Sequence record: PX418922.1
Length of the DNA: 64,000 nucleotides
Source of the DNA: a phage
Reading direction: 5' to 3' (one strand)
Shown here: one piece after another, positions 1 to 10,325 of the stretch
Layout of the letters: the number at the start of each line of letters is the position of its first letter
How positions within the stretch are numbered: the first letter of the stretch is position 1
Notes under the pieces: model-generated
The model's database searches: none
Told to the model about the DNA's origin: nothing
Seen by the model: only the letters and a program-made list of their open reading frames with translations
Program-made: the position numbers and the translations under genes

Positions 1-972
1 ATGTATTTCAGGGTTACAGTTTCATCTGAAAATCCTTATACAGCAAAACTTGGAGATTGTACAATACTGGACTACAAACTTGACAGTTTGAATTATACTC
101 CAGGAATCATTCCATTTTCCAATATTAGTGATCCTAACACAGCATTATATGACGGTTGGCGTGGTATTCCTTATCCAGGTTATCAATACCCATCCTTATA
201 TTGTTTTAAAGGGAGAGATATTGACTGGGTTCGTATGAACAACAGTATAGACTTTTTATATGATTCACAAATGTGGTTTTATAATAAGTTTGCCCCTGTA
301 ATGCCTGGGCCAATGGCACAAGCTTATGTTTGGGATCGTTGGGATGCTCATAAATATGGAAACAAAAATGAGTTCACAATGTATCATTGGAACGATAAAG
401 CTTGGGATGGTTATGAAGCACGAGCATTCTTCTGTGCGTGTCATACGGTATACGAACTAAAGCGACGAGGAGCCGAAGTTCCTGAAAAACTTTTAACAGT
501 TTGTAAAAACTGGATCAACTACCTGAAGTGGTTCCAAGATAACAACGAAGGAAGAACACCAACAATATTTTATCCCAACGGAGAAGTGGCTGCGCCTGTA
601 GATGACTTTACAAGTCACATGTCTGCGCTCTTTATGGCGGGATGTGCTATAATGGGGATGGCTGGATATGATTCAGAAATTCCTAACATTAAAATAGTAG
701 CAGACCGCTGTTTTGAACTTATTCAAGAAAACTATATTGTTCTTGGTCCTAATCACGTTATGAATGGTTGTTGGAGTGCTGCTCCTAGACCAGACAGTGA
801 TAACGGAGTCTTCTTTGGCTTCCACGCTGGAGAGTTGTTACGTGGTTTTGGGTTGTATGCTTTATACAAAAAACTTAATCCCCAAAATGCATTACCTGTT
901 TTGGATTCGAGCAATATTCCTGCACTTACTGTTTTGACAATGGCAAACATTAGTGTGGACGTTACCGAGTAA
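1..972 (+). CDS. hypothetical protein, possibly virion-associated; may be truncated at 5' end by window edge
   Basis: 323-aa ORF starting at base 1, Trp/Tyr-rich, co-oriented with downstream tail genes; no recognisable motif. Confidence 0.45.
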   Translation: MYFRVTVSSENPYTAKLGDCTILDYKLDSLNYTPGIIPFSNISDPNTALYDGWRGIPYPGYQYPSLYCFKGRDIDWVRMNNSIDFLYDSQMWFYNKFAPVMPGPMAQAYVWDRWDAHKYGNKNEFTMYHWNDKAWDGYEARAFFCACHTVYELKRRGAEVPEKLLTVCKNWINYLKWFQDNNEGRTPTIFYPNGEVAAPVDDFTSHMSALFMAGCAIMGMAGYDSEIPNIKIVADRCFELIQENYIVLGPNHVMNGCWSAAPRPDSDNGVFFGFHAGELLRGFGLYALYKKLNPQNALPVLDSSNIPALTVLTMANISVDVTE

Positions 973-980
973 GGGGTAAA

Positions 981-3134
981 ATGAAACAAGCTATATTTAC
1001 TGTCACGCGAGACAAGAGAGTAAATGCGAGTTCATTTAACTACACGACTGTTGACGGAACAGCAGTCGCTGGTAGAGATTATATTGCAAAATCGGGAACA
1101 CTTGTGTTCCCTGATGATGCTGATTCTGCTACTATTGTGGTTGAAGTATTTGAACGACCAAAGAACTCAATAGATCTTAACTTCTCCCTCCAAGTTTCAG
1201 GGATTAGTCAAAATAACATGATGGTTGAAACAACCATCAATTGTATTATAACTACTATCCAAGAAAATACTACTCCAATAACTTGGACTACAAAAGACGC
1301 TAAAATGTTCTCTCCTATGTATTGGACAATAGATTCTCAAGCAACGGAAAGTTGTTCTATTGTATCTCATGGAGACTCTTTTACTGCAAGATTTGTAAAC
1401 AGAACAACAGCAGGTTTGGCAGGGGTTATCTGGAGCACAGTTGACAAATATGACCATAAAGGTGTTGGGTATTTACCCCACACAGATTTAAGTTCAGAGA
1501 AACTTTGGTTTAAAATGGAAATTAGTCAAAACATGCCAGGTTTTAAAGAAGAACCTTTGGTGCCGACTTTGACTGTAACTCTCCTGGATAAAAGTGTTCA
1601 TTATGTCAGTTTAGGATTCTACGCTTCAGATATTTCAGAAGATGGTAAAACAGCTACAATCAAGTTAGATTTTGGTAATATCTTTTCTGGCCCTAACAAT
1701 GATATTCCTTTAGATATGAGTGCTGTAGATAATATTTTCTTCTCTTTGATTACAGCAAGGTATGAAGAAATAGAAGAGATTGTACCTATTGCCAGTCAAG
1801 AGGCTTGGTTTACTTTCACTCTTCTTGAACCTACTTCTGGTTACAGTATGATGAAAGTCAGCAACCTTGTCCAGCCTGAACATGATATTCGCATGTGCAC
1901 ATCTTATGATGATATGTATAACCTGACTCCAGAGAGAGTTATTTATAATACATATGCGCTAGGTTATCGTGGAATGATTAACCATTACAACGGAATGTCT
2001 CACTATTATGAGTTCTCATGGAACGGAACATCTTGGGCTTTAAATAGATCTGTCTTCCTGAATCCAGCTACAGAAGCTTGGCTAAATAGTTTCCATTCTA
2101 TAGCGAACGAGAAGGGTTACACAATAATGAACTCTTTAAGTTTTGAGTTGATGAGCACAGTTTGTCCTGTTGAATGGGTCCAGCATGATTGGAACGATGC
2201 TCTTGCAGCAACAGGGTATAAGCCTCCTAGTTACGTGTTGTCTCCAACTATTGACGAAGGCATGGAATATTTGCAAAATGTTATTAACAAAATAGCATCT
2301 ATTTCTCAAGCTAACAATATTCCAATCGTCATTCAAATTGGTGAACCTTGGTGGTGGTATAATACAGCAAGTAAAATGCCTTGTATATATGATTACACTA
2401 CCAAACTGGCATTCAATACAGAAACAGGCTTATTTGCACAAGATGCGGGAACAATAGATAATTATAAAACAGGAACGCCATTTGACGAATACTATGCATT
2501 TTTGTCTCGTAAACTAGGGTTAAGAGTTACAAAGTTTGCAACAGATACTAGAGCAACTTATCCAGGAGCTAAAGTAACATTGCTTCCATTCTTACCATCA
2601 ATTATTGGCAACGGGTTGATGGAGAAAGTTAACTTTCCGTCTGATTACTACATTCCTGAAGCTTTTGATTTTTACTGTTCGGAGTGTTACGACTGGCTTC
2701 TGGAAGGTAAAATGATGAAAGCATTTGATGCAATTACCATACCACATGAAAAATTAGGTTTTGAATATTCTGATATTCACTATCTTGCAGGTTTTGTTCC
2801 AGATGCTACTCTTGCACCTTTGTATGGCTTTGATCCTGAATCAAACTACCGCACGTATCTTTGGAAAATGATTATAGGTAACATAGTGTTGAACGCCAAT
2901 AAGTTTGACGGACTTACACAATATATATGGGCCTATCCTCAAATAATGCATGATTCTATCACGGTAGTTAATTCTCAATCCCAAGTTTTCTATATGGGTA
3001 ACGTGCCTTTGAACGTTTATTTACAGGATATCACTCTTAAACAGGTAAATGTTGAGATTGCCACCATAAGTGGAATTACATTAGCCACTAAATCTGGAGA
3101 AGATTTAGTAACAACACAAAAATTTTATATATAG
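981..3134 (+). CDS. hypothetical large structural protein (tail/baseplate-associated by context)
   Basis: 717-aa ORF, purine-rich RBS-like 'aaggggtaaa' before ATG, tightly packed with fibre genes. Confidence 0.5.
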   Translation: MKQAIFTVTRDKRVNASSFNYTTVDGTAVAGRDYIAKSGTLVFPDDADSATIVVEVFERPKNSIDLNFSLQVSGISQNNMMVETTINCIITTIQENTTPITWTTKDAKMFSPMYWTIDSQATESCSIVSHGDSFTARFVNRTTAGLAGVIWSTVDKYDHKGVGYLPHTDLSSEKLWFKMEISQNMPGFKEEPLVPTLTVTLLDKSVHYVSLGFYASDISEDGKTATIKLDFGNIFSGPNNDIPLDMSAVDNIFFSLITARYEEIEEIVPIASQEAWFTFTLLEPTSGYSMMKVSNLVQPEHDIRMCTSYDDMYNLTPERVIYNTYALGYRGMINHYNGMSHYYEFSWNGTSWALNRSVFLNPATEAWLNSFHSIANEKGYTIMNSLSFELMSTVCPVEWVQHDWNDALAATGYKPPSYVLSPTIDEGMEYLQNVINKIASISQANNIPIVIQIGEPWWWYNTASKMPCIYDYTTKLAFNTETGLFAQDAGTIDNYKTGTPFDEYYAFLSRKLGLRVTKFATDTRATYPGAKVTLLPFLPSIIGNGLMEKVNFPSDYYIPEAFDFYCSECYDWLLEGKMMKAFDAITIPHEKLGFEYSDIHYLAGFVPDATLAPLYGFDPESNYRTYLWKMIIGNIVLNANKFDGLTQYIWAYPQIMHDSITVVNSQSQVFYMGNVPLNVYLQDITLKQVNVEIATISGITLATKSGEDLVTTQKFYI

Positions 3135-3142
3135 GAGTAAAA

Positions 3143-5644
3143 ATGTCAACTACAATTACTAATTTACCCGAAACATCAAAAGTTAATGGTTCAGATTACC
3201 TGGTTTTAGATCAACCTGATAAAACTGTTAAAAGCACAGTTTCCAACTTTCTTACTGACACTGGGGTGGTTTTAGCCACCCAGTTGAAAGATACAGGTGG
3301 AGCAGATTTAATACAATCCTCAAATGGTAATACTGTTCAGGAAGAGTTGAATAACAATCTTCTTAATGATCGTGAACAGTGGCGTCGTAGTCTTGCTGAA
3401 GCGGGGTTAACACTTGTTGATGGTAGCTTTGAGGAGGGTGCTACATTAAATAATAATACTGATGCTGTTTGGTATATTGCAGGTGGACAGTGCTATACAT
3501 GGGGTGGTGCTTTCCCTAAAGAAGTTCCAGCTGGGTCAACCCCAGAAACATCTGGTGGCGTTGGTTCTGGGGCGTGGGTGAGCGTTGGTGATGCTAATTT
3601 AAGACAGGAATTAGCATCTTCATCTGGGTTTAAATTAATTGGTTCAGTATCTAATGTTACTCAATTAAGAACCATTACCGGTTCTGCTGGAGATAAAATA
3701 TTCCTCAAAGAATATAATACTGGTACCGGGAAAGGTGGGGGAATATTGACTGGTGTTAGCAGTCCGACACTGGTCGATGATGGCGTGAGCTTTTTCAGGG
3801 TTAACTCATCTTTTGGTTGGGCGCGAGATATATCTAAAGGTGTTAGCTTTTTTGATGGTGGTGTTATTGGTGATGCTGTTATTTCTGGTCCAAGTGTAAC
3901 TGGAACAGATGATACTGCCGCGGTTCTTCGCGTTTTTTCTGCCAGATTACCGATTAGGCAGAATACGCCGTTAAAAATGCGTCTAACGTCTTCTGTAACT
4001 TTAGGTAACGGTATTGTTGACTTGGTTGGTGCGGGGTCCACACATGTAGTATTTGTATTTGATCATTTGTCTGCCGGTTTAACTTTTGGCTCTGAGACTA
4101 ATTCGGAAACAAAATACCAGGGAACAGTGAAAGGCGTTTCTTGCGTTCGCCCTAACTACCTTGCATATGCTGGCTCAGCAGGTCCAAAATCTCTCTCATT
4201 TGGTAACTTCTCCCCTATTATTTTAGAAGACGTTAGAGAAGAAAACGCCATAGGATTTGGTATTTTCTTTGTATTCTGCCGGTCGGTCGTGGTTAGGAAA
4301 TGTTACGCCGGTAATCACGTCGGAACTTACTCTACCCCTAAATCTGGAACGGATGGCATCCATTTTTATAAATGTAACGACGTATGGGCCTACGATAATA
4401 TTTTAGAGGAAATCGGTGACGATGCGATATCATCAGGGTCATTTGATCCCCTGTTCCCTTGCTCAAATATAAACTTCATCAGGAATAAGATTTCAAGAGT
4501 GCACGGAAGTATGAAACTTTATAGTTTTGTGGACGGTGCGGAGATAGCCTATAACCGATTCCGCGTAGGTCATGAAGGAGGAGTTTATCTTACAAATGAT
4601 GCTAACTCTCTCGATAACTCTTATGTGAAGAATATAAAAATTCATCACAATGAGTTTTTTGATATTATTGGGAGTGAACCCAGTAATAACACATCTGGTG
4701 GCGTGCGTCTGAGATTCTGGCCTGATAATTCAGTACCAAATTCACGGGCAATTATAGACCAAATCTATATAACAGATAACCTAATTAGTGGCTGTGGCGC
4801 TGGCATTGCGGCAATAACACAGGATGCATACAAAAGATTTTCTAATATGTTCATTCGTAATAACTCGTTTCGTGCGGCACCACTCGATCTAACGGGTAGC
4901 AGGCCTTATATCCGCATACATCAATTTGATTATGAACTTGAGATTAGCGGAAATACAATGGTTAACTCGCATTCAGGGGGTATTGTTATAGATCAGGTCA
5001 ACGGCTCGGTTACCGCCACTTTTACGGCTCCAAAAGCTAAAATCAGCGGTAACACTATCGATGGGTACAGCCTGGCGTCAACGTTGGGCCAACTGGCAAA
5101 CGGTATTCTGGTTAGACCGTCTGATTACAATATCCTCTTAGAGATGGTAGGTAATCAGGTAAGGGGCCAGGCTATTAGTGATACCCTACCAGCAACACAA
5201 GGCATTTTGGTTAACAACGTTAGCCCACTGTCTTTTATTGAAGCAAACCAATCCGATAACAACATTGCTATCGGTGCAGGTTCTGCTGCCTATAAAGGTA
5301 TAGGTAAGACTAAGTTGGGAGCACCGAATGCTGGTACTCACTACGCTGGCAGTACCATTACTGATTATGTTGGTGGGAATCGTTACACTATCCTAACCAA
5401 CGGAACCTTTGGTACATTAAACGGTGTAACAGGTACTACTGTAGCCGGTAGTAAAACAGTTACTCTTAATAGCATAGCTGATGTGTATAGAGGTTGTGTT
5501 ATAGCTATAGCTGGTGTCTCTGGTAACAAACGTGTCTTGGATATACAAGGCACTACTATTAAGGTCGATGTAGCTTGTGACACTTCTGTATCAAACGGTG
5601 CAGTTAGCTACGTTGCCCCTACCTTTAGGACAGAAGCTATGTAA
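3143..5644 (+). CDS. tail fibre / tailspike-like protein
   Basis: 833-aa Gly/Ser/Thr/Asn-rich ORF; carries motif 'WYIAGGQCYTWGGAFPKEVPAGSTPETSGG..AWVSVG' (nt ~3464-3613) shared with two other fibre ORFs. Confidence 0.55.
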   Translation: MSTTITNLPETSKVNGSDYLVLDQPDKTVKSTVSNFLTDTGVVLATQLKDTGGADLIQSSNGNTVQEELNNNLLNDREQWRRSLAEAGLTLVDGSFEEGATLNNNTDAVWYIAGGQCYTWGGAFPKEVPAGSTPETSGGVGSGAWVSVGDANLRQELASSSGFKLIGSVSNVTQLRTITGSAGDKIFLKEYNTGTGKGGGILTGVSSPTLVDDGVSFFRVNSSFGWARDISKGVSFFDGGVIGDAVISGPSVTGTDDTAAVLRVFSARLPIRQNTPLKMRLTSSVTLGNGIVDLVGAGSTHVVFVFDHLSAGLTFGSETNSETKYQGTVKGVSCVRPNYLAYAGSAGPKSLSFGNFSPIILEDVREENAIGFGIFFVFCRSVVVRKCYAGNHVGTYSTPKSGTDGIHFYKCNDVWAYDNILEEIGDDAISSGSFDPLFPCSNINFIRNKISRVHGSMKLYSFVDGAEIAYNRFRVGHEGGVYLTNDANSLDNSYVKNIKIHHNEFFDIIGSEPSNNTSGGVRLRFWPDNSVPNSRAIIDQIYITDNLISGCGAGIAAITQDAYKRFSNMFIRNNSFRAAPLDLTGSRPYIRIHQFDYELEISGNTMVNSHSGGIVIDQVNGSVTATFTAPKAKISGNTIDGYSLASTLGQLANGILVRPSDYNILLEMVGNQVRGQAISDTLPATQGILVNNVSPLSFIEANQSDNNIAIGAGSAAYKGIGKTKLGAPNAGTHYAGSTITDYVGGNRYTILTNGTFGTLNGVTGTTVAGSKTVTLNSIADVYRGCVIAIAGVSGNKRVLDIQGTTIKVDVACDTSVSNGAVSYVAPTFRTEAM

Positions 5645-5696
5645 ACCATAGGCCACGTAAGGTGGCCTATTAAAACTACAACATGAGGATTAACCC

Positions 5697-6002
5697 ATGA
5701 ATAAGATGTTTACCCAGCCAACAGGCTCGGTAGCAAAACAGACTAACAAACAATCCATAGCCCGTCACTTTGGAGTTAAGCAATCCGAGGTTGTTTATTT
5801 CTCAGTTGGTGCTCCGCTTACTGGTTACAAAGCCATTTATGACAAAGAATCGCAGCGTGCTTACTCCTTACCTGCTGATATTGCCCCAGGTACTACTGCC
5901 ATTAGTCTTAGTGCTGCTGTACTTGTGCATTCAGCGGGTTCTGTAGACCTTGGGGAATTAGCTGTATATCGTGATTTAAAAAGTAATGAGAACGCACTAT
6001 GA
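5697..6002 (+). CDS. small fibre-related protein
   Basis: 101-aa ORF; ~50% identical by eye to residues ~228-305 of the 10326-13379 product ('SIARHFGV..LTGYKAIYD..GSVDLGELAV' vs 'TIARKYGL..LTGIKALYD..GSVDLSALAV'). Confidence 0.45.
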   Translation: MNKMFTQPTGSVAKQTNKQSIARHFGVKQSEVVYFSVGAPLTGYKAIYDKESQRAYSLPADIAPGTTAISLSAAVLVHSAGSVDLGELAVYRDLKSNENAL

Positions 6003-6241
6003 GAAAATTTTTAATAGGTATGTTCTGTACATATCCTGATAATAAAGTCAGTTCTACTAAAGTCTGGAACGCTGTAGGCATGTCGGTTATGACAGGCATG
6101 TTTATCTTTTTAGGAATAGAAAAAGAAATTCCTGAATGGATGGGTTGGGCTTTTGTTTTCATGATAACCCCTTCTCGCCTCATGAAAAATCTTATTGATT
6201 TACGCTGGGGCAGATCACAATCTACCAAAGAGGATGACTAA
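5999..6241 (+). CDS. small hydrophobic protein
   Basis: 80-aa ORF with hydrophobic stretch 'VMTGMFIFLGI', ATGA-type overlap with neighbours. Confidence 0.35.
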   Translation: MRKFLIGMFCTYPDNKVSSTKVWNAVGMSVMTGMFIFLGIEKEIPEWMGWAFVFMITPSRLMKNLIDLRWGRSQSTKEDD

Positions 6242-7728
6242 TGGACGAATATGGTTTGACAGATGCGGGATTTGTAATCCCGACTTTTGACGATGTTTTA
6301 AACAACTACATGACAGCAGTAAAAAACACATTTGGTGCAGATGCAGCCACTTCGGAAGATACTGTGATCGGGCAACTGTTTAGAATAATTGCATACACAG
6401 ATTACACATTGTGGGAAGGTATGCAAGGTGTTTATAATACTCAAACACTGGATGGTGCAGAAGGTATTTATCTTGACGAAATCTTTTCTAAACGCGGTTT
6501 CTATCGAGCAGGGGCAGCAGCAAGTACAGGTTATGCATATGTTAAGAGTAATAACAAAGCAGCTTGGACTTATGAGTTAGGCACGGATATTTACTTCAAC
6601 TCTGACAGTGATATGAACTACTATGTTAGCACACCAACTATGTTGAATGCTAAGATTGCAGCTTATCAAATATCTCGTGCTAATGCAACTGCTACAGGTG
6701 TTCCAAATATTACTTTTTATGCACAAAGTGCGGTGGATGGAGGACTAAACAGTAAAACACTTGCACCTGGTTCTTCTACATTTATAACCGATCTTGAAAC
6801 TTTTATCAAGGCAAATTTAACAGAAGCTGATCGTAGTCTCGTATTTTCTGATTCGGGTAACTTATCAGTTGGTTTTACTTCTTTAACCAGTGATACTCCA
6901 GTGGGACTGGTAACTCCTATTAAATTTTATGCTAGTGTTCCGGTTGGAACCAAGTGGAGTGAGATTCCGGTAGTTGCAGCAGAGAAAGGATACAACCCTG
7001 TTGGCGTAGAGTCTATTACAGGGATATCTTCTACCTTTACAGGTTATCTTGACAGTGGTAACTTCTATTCATTTTCTCCTGGTCGGGATGTTGAGACAGA
7101 CGCAGAATTCCGCTCTCGTTTCAATGACAACGTTGATGAAGCTAACGCAGGGACACGAGCAGCTATTGTGAAAGCTCTGCTACTCACAGATGGTGTTACT
7201 AAGGTGAAGATTTATGATAACCCTACATTACATGATCAAGAACATGCTCCAGCTATGACTTTCCAGACTATAGTTTATGGTGGCAGTGCAGAAGAAATTG
7301 CAAATGTTATCTATAAAACCAAACCAATCAACACTTTGACACACGGAACAACTAACATAACAGTTACAACAGAAGACGGAGGACAAGAAATTATTCGCTT
7401 CTCTCCTGGTGCTTCTGCTATGTATTCCGTAAAACTTGTTTATCAAACTGTCAACGGAACAACTTTAAGTGGAACAGAAAAACAAAACATCGTAGAAGCT
7501 CTACAAAACCTGCAAGCTTACTTTGAGTTAGGTTCTTCAGTAACGAACGATCAAATCAAAGGTGTTATTTATGCAGCACTTGCTTTTGGACGCTTGACTT
7601 CTCTTCGTGTTTATGTTAAACTTAATACTGAGGATGACAGTAAATATACAGAGAATAATATAGTTCCTACTTATAATGTTGTCCCTTCTTTTGACCTTGA
7701 TAACATTTCTTACGAGTATGGAGTGTAA
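6241..7728 (+). CDS. baseplate J-like protein
   Basis: 495-aa ORF; position and order (J-like, I-like, fibre, chaperone) resemble P2-type baseplate module; weak similarity to gpJ-family proteins by eye. Confidence 0.5.
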   Translation: MDEYGLTDAGFVIPTFDDVLNNYMTAVKNTFGADAATSEDTVIGQLFRIIAYTDYTLWEGMQGVYNTQTLDGAEGIYLDEIFSKRGFYRAGAAASTGYAYVKSNNKAAWTYELGTDIYFNSDSDMNYYVSTPTMLNAKIAAYQISRANATATGVPNITFYAQSAVDGGLNSKTLAPGSSTFITDLETFIKANLTEADRSLVFSDSGNLSVGFTSLTSDTPVGLVTPIKFYASVPVGTKWSEIPVVAAEKGYNPVGVESITGISSTFTGYLDSGNFYSFSPGRDVETDAEFRSRFNDNVDEANAGTRAAIVKALLLTDGVTKVKIYDNPTLHDQEHAPAMTFQTIVYGGSAEEIANVIYKTKPINTLTHGTTNITVTTEDGGQEIIRFSPGASAMYSVKLVYQTVNGTTLSGTEKQNIVEALQNLQAYFELGSSVTNDQIKGVIYAALAFGRLTSLRVYVKLNTEDDSKYTENNIVPTYNVVPSFDLDNISYEYGV

Positions 7729-7730
7729 AA

Positions 7731-8360
7731 ATGGCAGTGAGTGTTGACCATGTAACAACTTGGGCCAGTATCAATGAAGATGTTAAAAACCTTCTGATTG
7801 AAGATTTTAAATCTTCTCCTAACATTGTCAAGCTCCTCTACATCGTATCCAGTGAAAAGCAAAAGATAGATCAGGCAATGATCTATCTTGCTAAACACCG
7901 CTTGATCTCCACAGCCACAGGCAAATACCTAGATATCTTAGGAGAAGAAATGGGGATCGAACGTAATGGCTCTGATGATGAAGAGTATAGAACAATATTA
8001 AAAATCAGGGCTTACCGCGTAGCCTCATCGGGGACTCGTGGTGACATAATTGATATCTTCGCCCGTTTCACAGGAACAGAGCGTGAAACGCTTAATACTT
8101 ACGTAGGTTTGAATAAAACCTTTGATGTGTTTTTCTACAACCTGTGTCTTCAATCTGATCAAGCTTTAGAGCAGTTGCTAAGTGTTTTCCCTATTATTAG
8201 TAGCTACCGTCTTGGAGCAAAAGCAGGATCAGCTTTTGGTTTTAGTTCTTATTATGCTACCAAACCGCCTCATGGTATTGGTGGTTTAGGTTCCCTGTAC
8301 ATGGAATCTACTGGGGATGAAACAGGACGCATGTGTACGCTTCTCAAGCAAATAGATTAA
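7731..8360 (+). CDS. baseplate / tail-fibre connector protein (gpI-like by position)
   Basis: 209-aa ORF immediately after J-like gene and before a fibre gene. Confidence 0.4.
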   Translation: MAVSVDHVTTWASINEDVKNLLIEDFKSSPNIVKLLYIVSSEKQKIDQAMIYLAKHRLISTATGKYLDILGEEMGIERNGSDDEEYRTILKIRAYRVASSGTRGDIIDIFARFTGTERETLNTYVGLNKTFDVFFYNLCLQSDQALEQLLSVFPIISSYRLGAKAGSAFGFSSYYATKPPHGIGGLGSLYMESTGDETGRMCTLLKQID

Positions 8361-8369
8361 GGAGTTTAA

Positions 8370-9431
8370 ATGGCGAAGCCAATATATTATCCTGACTGGG
8401 CTACACAAACTGTAACGCTCCCAGGAACTTTAAACACAAACAAAATTAGACCTAAAGAAACCATCCGCACAGTTGGTATGGATTATGGTCAAATCATGAC
8501 TTGCGAAGAAATGAACTGGATTCTTAATAATATCGGTTTATGGATTCGCTATTTGGTGGATGACTTTCTTCCAACTTTACCTGATACTTACTTGCCTTTA
8601 GTTGGGACTAAGATTACAATGGCAGGTGATGCTACTGGTGAGGTTACTTGGAATGGTAATAAAGAAGTTACTTTATCTATCCAAGTTCAAGATAACAGCC
8701 ATAATCACTTGTCGGCAAACATTACAGATGCCACTAGTTCAACAGTAACACCAAACGTGTTGGTAAAACGTGATGCGGGTGGTGCTATTTATGGTGGTGA
8801 TGTTTATGTTAACGGTACTTCCACAACAGATCCTGCAACACTGTTTTTCAAAAACTTTGCAGGACAAACTAATGGTGAGATTTCTGCCGAATACCAAAGT
8901 GGAGGTCAGCTTTATATTTATCGTAGAAATCCTAGCACAGGTAATGTATCGGCAGGTGTTCGTTTATATGATGCAGGTTATGTTCTAATAGACAGTCCAA
9001 GATCAAACAGTGGACAAGATACTTCTAACGGAAATGCTTTAGTTCGCTTAGATTATCTGAATTCTCGTTTGACTTCTCTTCAGAACACATTGCAGACGAA
9101 TATTAACACTGTTCAAAACAACCTGAATAGTGTTAACAGCAACCTCTCTTCCCGTATAAACAATGTAGAAAGTAATCATCAAAGTCAGATTACAAACAAC
9201 TACAATTATGCTAACGGAACCTTTGTAAGAGATATTCGTTACACTAGCCAAGGTGTGTATTATCCACCAGGGAACGAAGTTTCTTGGACTTATATCTGTT
9301 CTTCTGGTTATGTTCTTTCTGGTATTATTGTCCAGGAAACAGGGCGTAGTTCTGCGGATAACATCGGTGGGGTTTATTTCAAACGCCTCCAGCGCAACGT
9401 TAACGGAAACTGGTACGATATCGGAGGCTAA
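8370..9431 (+). CDS. tail fibre protein
   Basis: 353-aa ORF with Asn/Ser/Thr-rich heptad-like stretch 'NTLQTNINTVQNNLNSVNSNLSSRINNVESN'. Confidence 0.5.
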   Translation: MAKPIYYPDWATQTVTLPGTLNTNKIRPKETIRTVGMDYGQIMTCEEMNWILNNIGLWIRYLVDDFLPTLPDTYLPLVGTKITMAGDATGEVTWNGNKEVTLSIQVQDNSHNHLSANITDATSSTVTPNVLVKRDAGGAIYGGDVYVNGTSTTDPATLFFKNFAGQTNGEISAEYQSGGQLYIYRRNPSTGNVSAGVRLYDAGYVLIDSPRSNSGQDTSNGNALVRLDYLNSRLTSLQNTLQTNINTVQNNLNSVNSNLSSRINNVESNHQSQITNNYNYANGTFVRDIRYTSQGVYYPPGNEVSWTYICSSGYVLSGIIVQETGRSSADNIGGVYFKRLQRNVNGNWYDIGG

Positions 9432-9977
9432 ATGATATTTACAAATTTTAAAAGATATATTCCCGAAGATCCCGAACTAAAAGAATTGGTAGAAGTAGAG
9501 AACATTCTTTTTCTTCGTTGCGATCAAGGTTACGATTGGTATGATTTACGTAGCACAGAATTCAATAACGATAAAATGAAAGTCGTTTTTGACGATCAAA
9601 ATCGTATTGTGTTTTGGAACACTGATCCTACATTACTTTGCCCTGAAGATCTTTCTATAGCACAAGTGGACTTTAATATAGACACTTTTGAGGATATTAG
9701 AAACAAGGTTCTGGATTTAGAAACTTTGACTCTTAAGGATAAAGAGTATTCCCGTGAAGAGTTGATGACACAAGCTAGTGCAAAAATTCGCTCTTTACAA
9801 GAAACAGCGGTAGCACTTATAACACCTTTACAGTATGCTAAAGATTTAGAAATGGCTACTGAAGATGAATTAGCTTATCTTAAAAATCTTCAAGTTTATG
9901 TGGTTAAACTAAACCGTGTTCCGCTTCAAAAAGACTATCCTTACACTATAGATTGGCCTACATTACCAACGGAATAA
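9432..9977 (+). CDS. tail fibre assembly / chaperone-like protein
   Basis: 181-aa acidic ORF directly downstream of fibre gene (positional inference). Confidence 0.35.
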   Translation: MIFTNFKRYIPEDPELKELVEVENILFLRCDQGYDWYDLRSTEFNNDKMKVVFDDQNRIVFWNTDPTLLCPEDLSIAQVDFNIDTFEDIRNKVLDLETLTLKDKEYSREELMTQASAKIRSLQETAVALITPLQYAKDLEMATEDELAYLKNLQVYVVKLNRVPLQKDYPYTIDWPTLPTE

Positions 9978-9986
9978 GGGATCATT

Positions 9987-10322
9987 ATGGAATTTCAAGA
10001 AGCATGGGGACTTGCAAAGGATGCAATAATCCCTTTAATCGGAGTCATCTGGTTCTTTTTCAAACAAAAAATGGATAAATTCGGCTCTGATCTTGAGGAA
10101 ATGGAGGAGAAAAGTCGAGAGCTAGAGAAGAAGTTGGTCTTTGTTGAATCAACTTATGCAACTAAAGCCGAACTTACCCAGATGCTAAATCAAATTAACT
10201 CTACATTAATGGCAAATAATAACACTCTTGAGCAAAAAATTGAAAAGATTATGGACCTCAAGAATGCGACTATCCAAATGATGCTAGATGACATAGTTAA
10301 ACGTACACAGAATAAGGGGTAA
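9987..10322 (+). CDS. hypothetical protein with N-terminal TM helix and coiled coil
   Basis: 111-aa ORF, 'IIPLIGVIWFFF' hydrophobic segment followed by charged helical region. Confidence 0.4.
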   Translation: MEFQEAWGLAKDAIIPLIGVIWFFFKQKMDKFGSDLEEMEEKSRELEKKLVFVESTYATKAELTQMLNQINSTLMANNNTLEQKIEKIMDLKNATIQMMLDDIVKRTQNKG

Positions 10323-10325
10323 TTA

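Noticed and set aside
3661-4041. 126-aa minus-strand ORF within the 3143-5644 fibre gene
   Set aside because: Fully embedded antisense ORF in a plus-strand structural operon; no RBS or promoter context
5999-6241. Baseplate W-like assignment for the 80-aa ORF preceding the J-like gene
   Set aside because: The sequence is hydrophobic and membrane-like rather than gp25/W-like; position alone is insufficient
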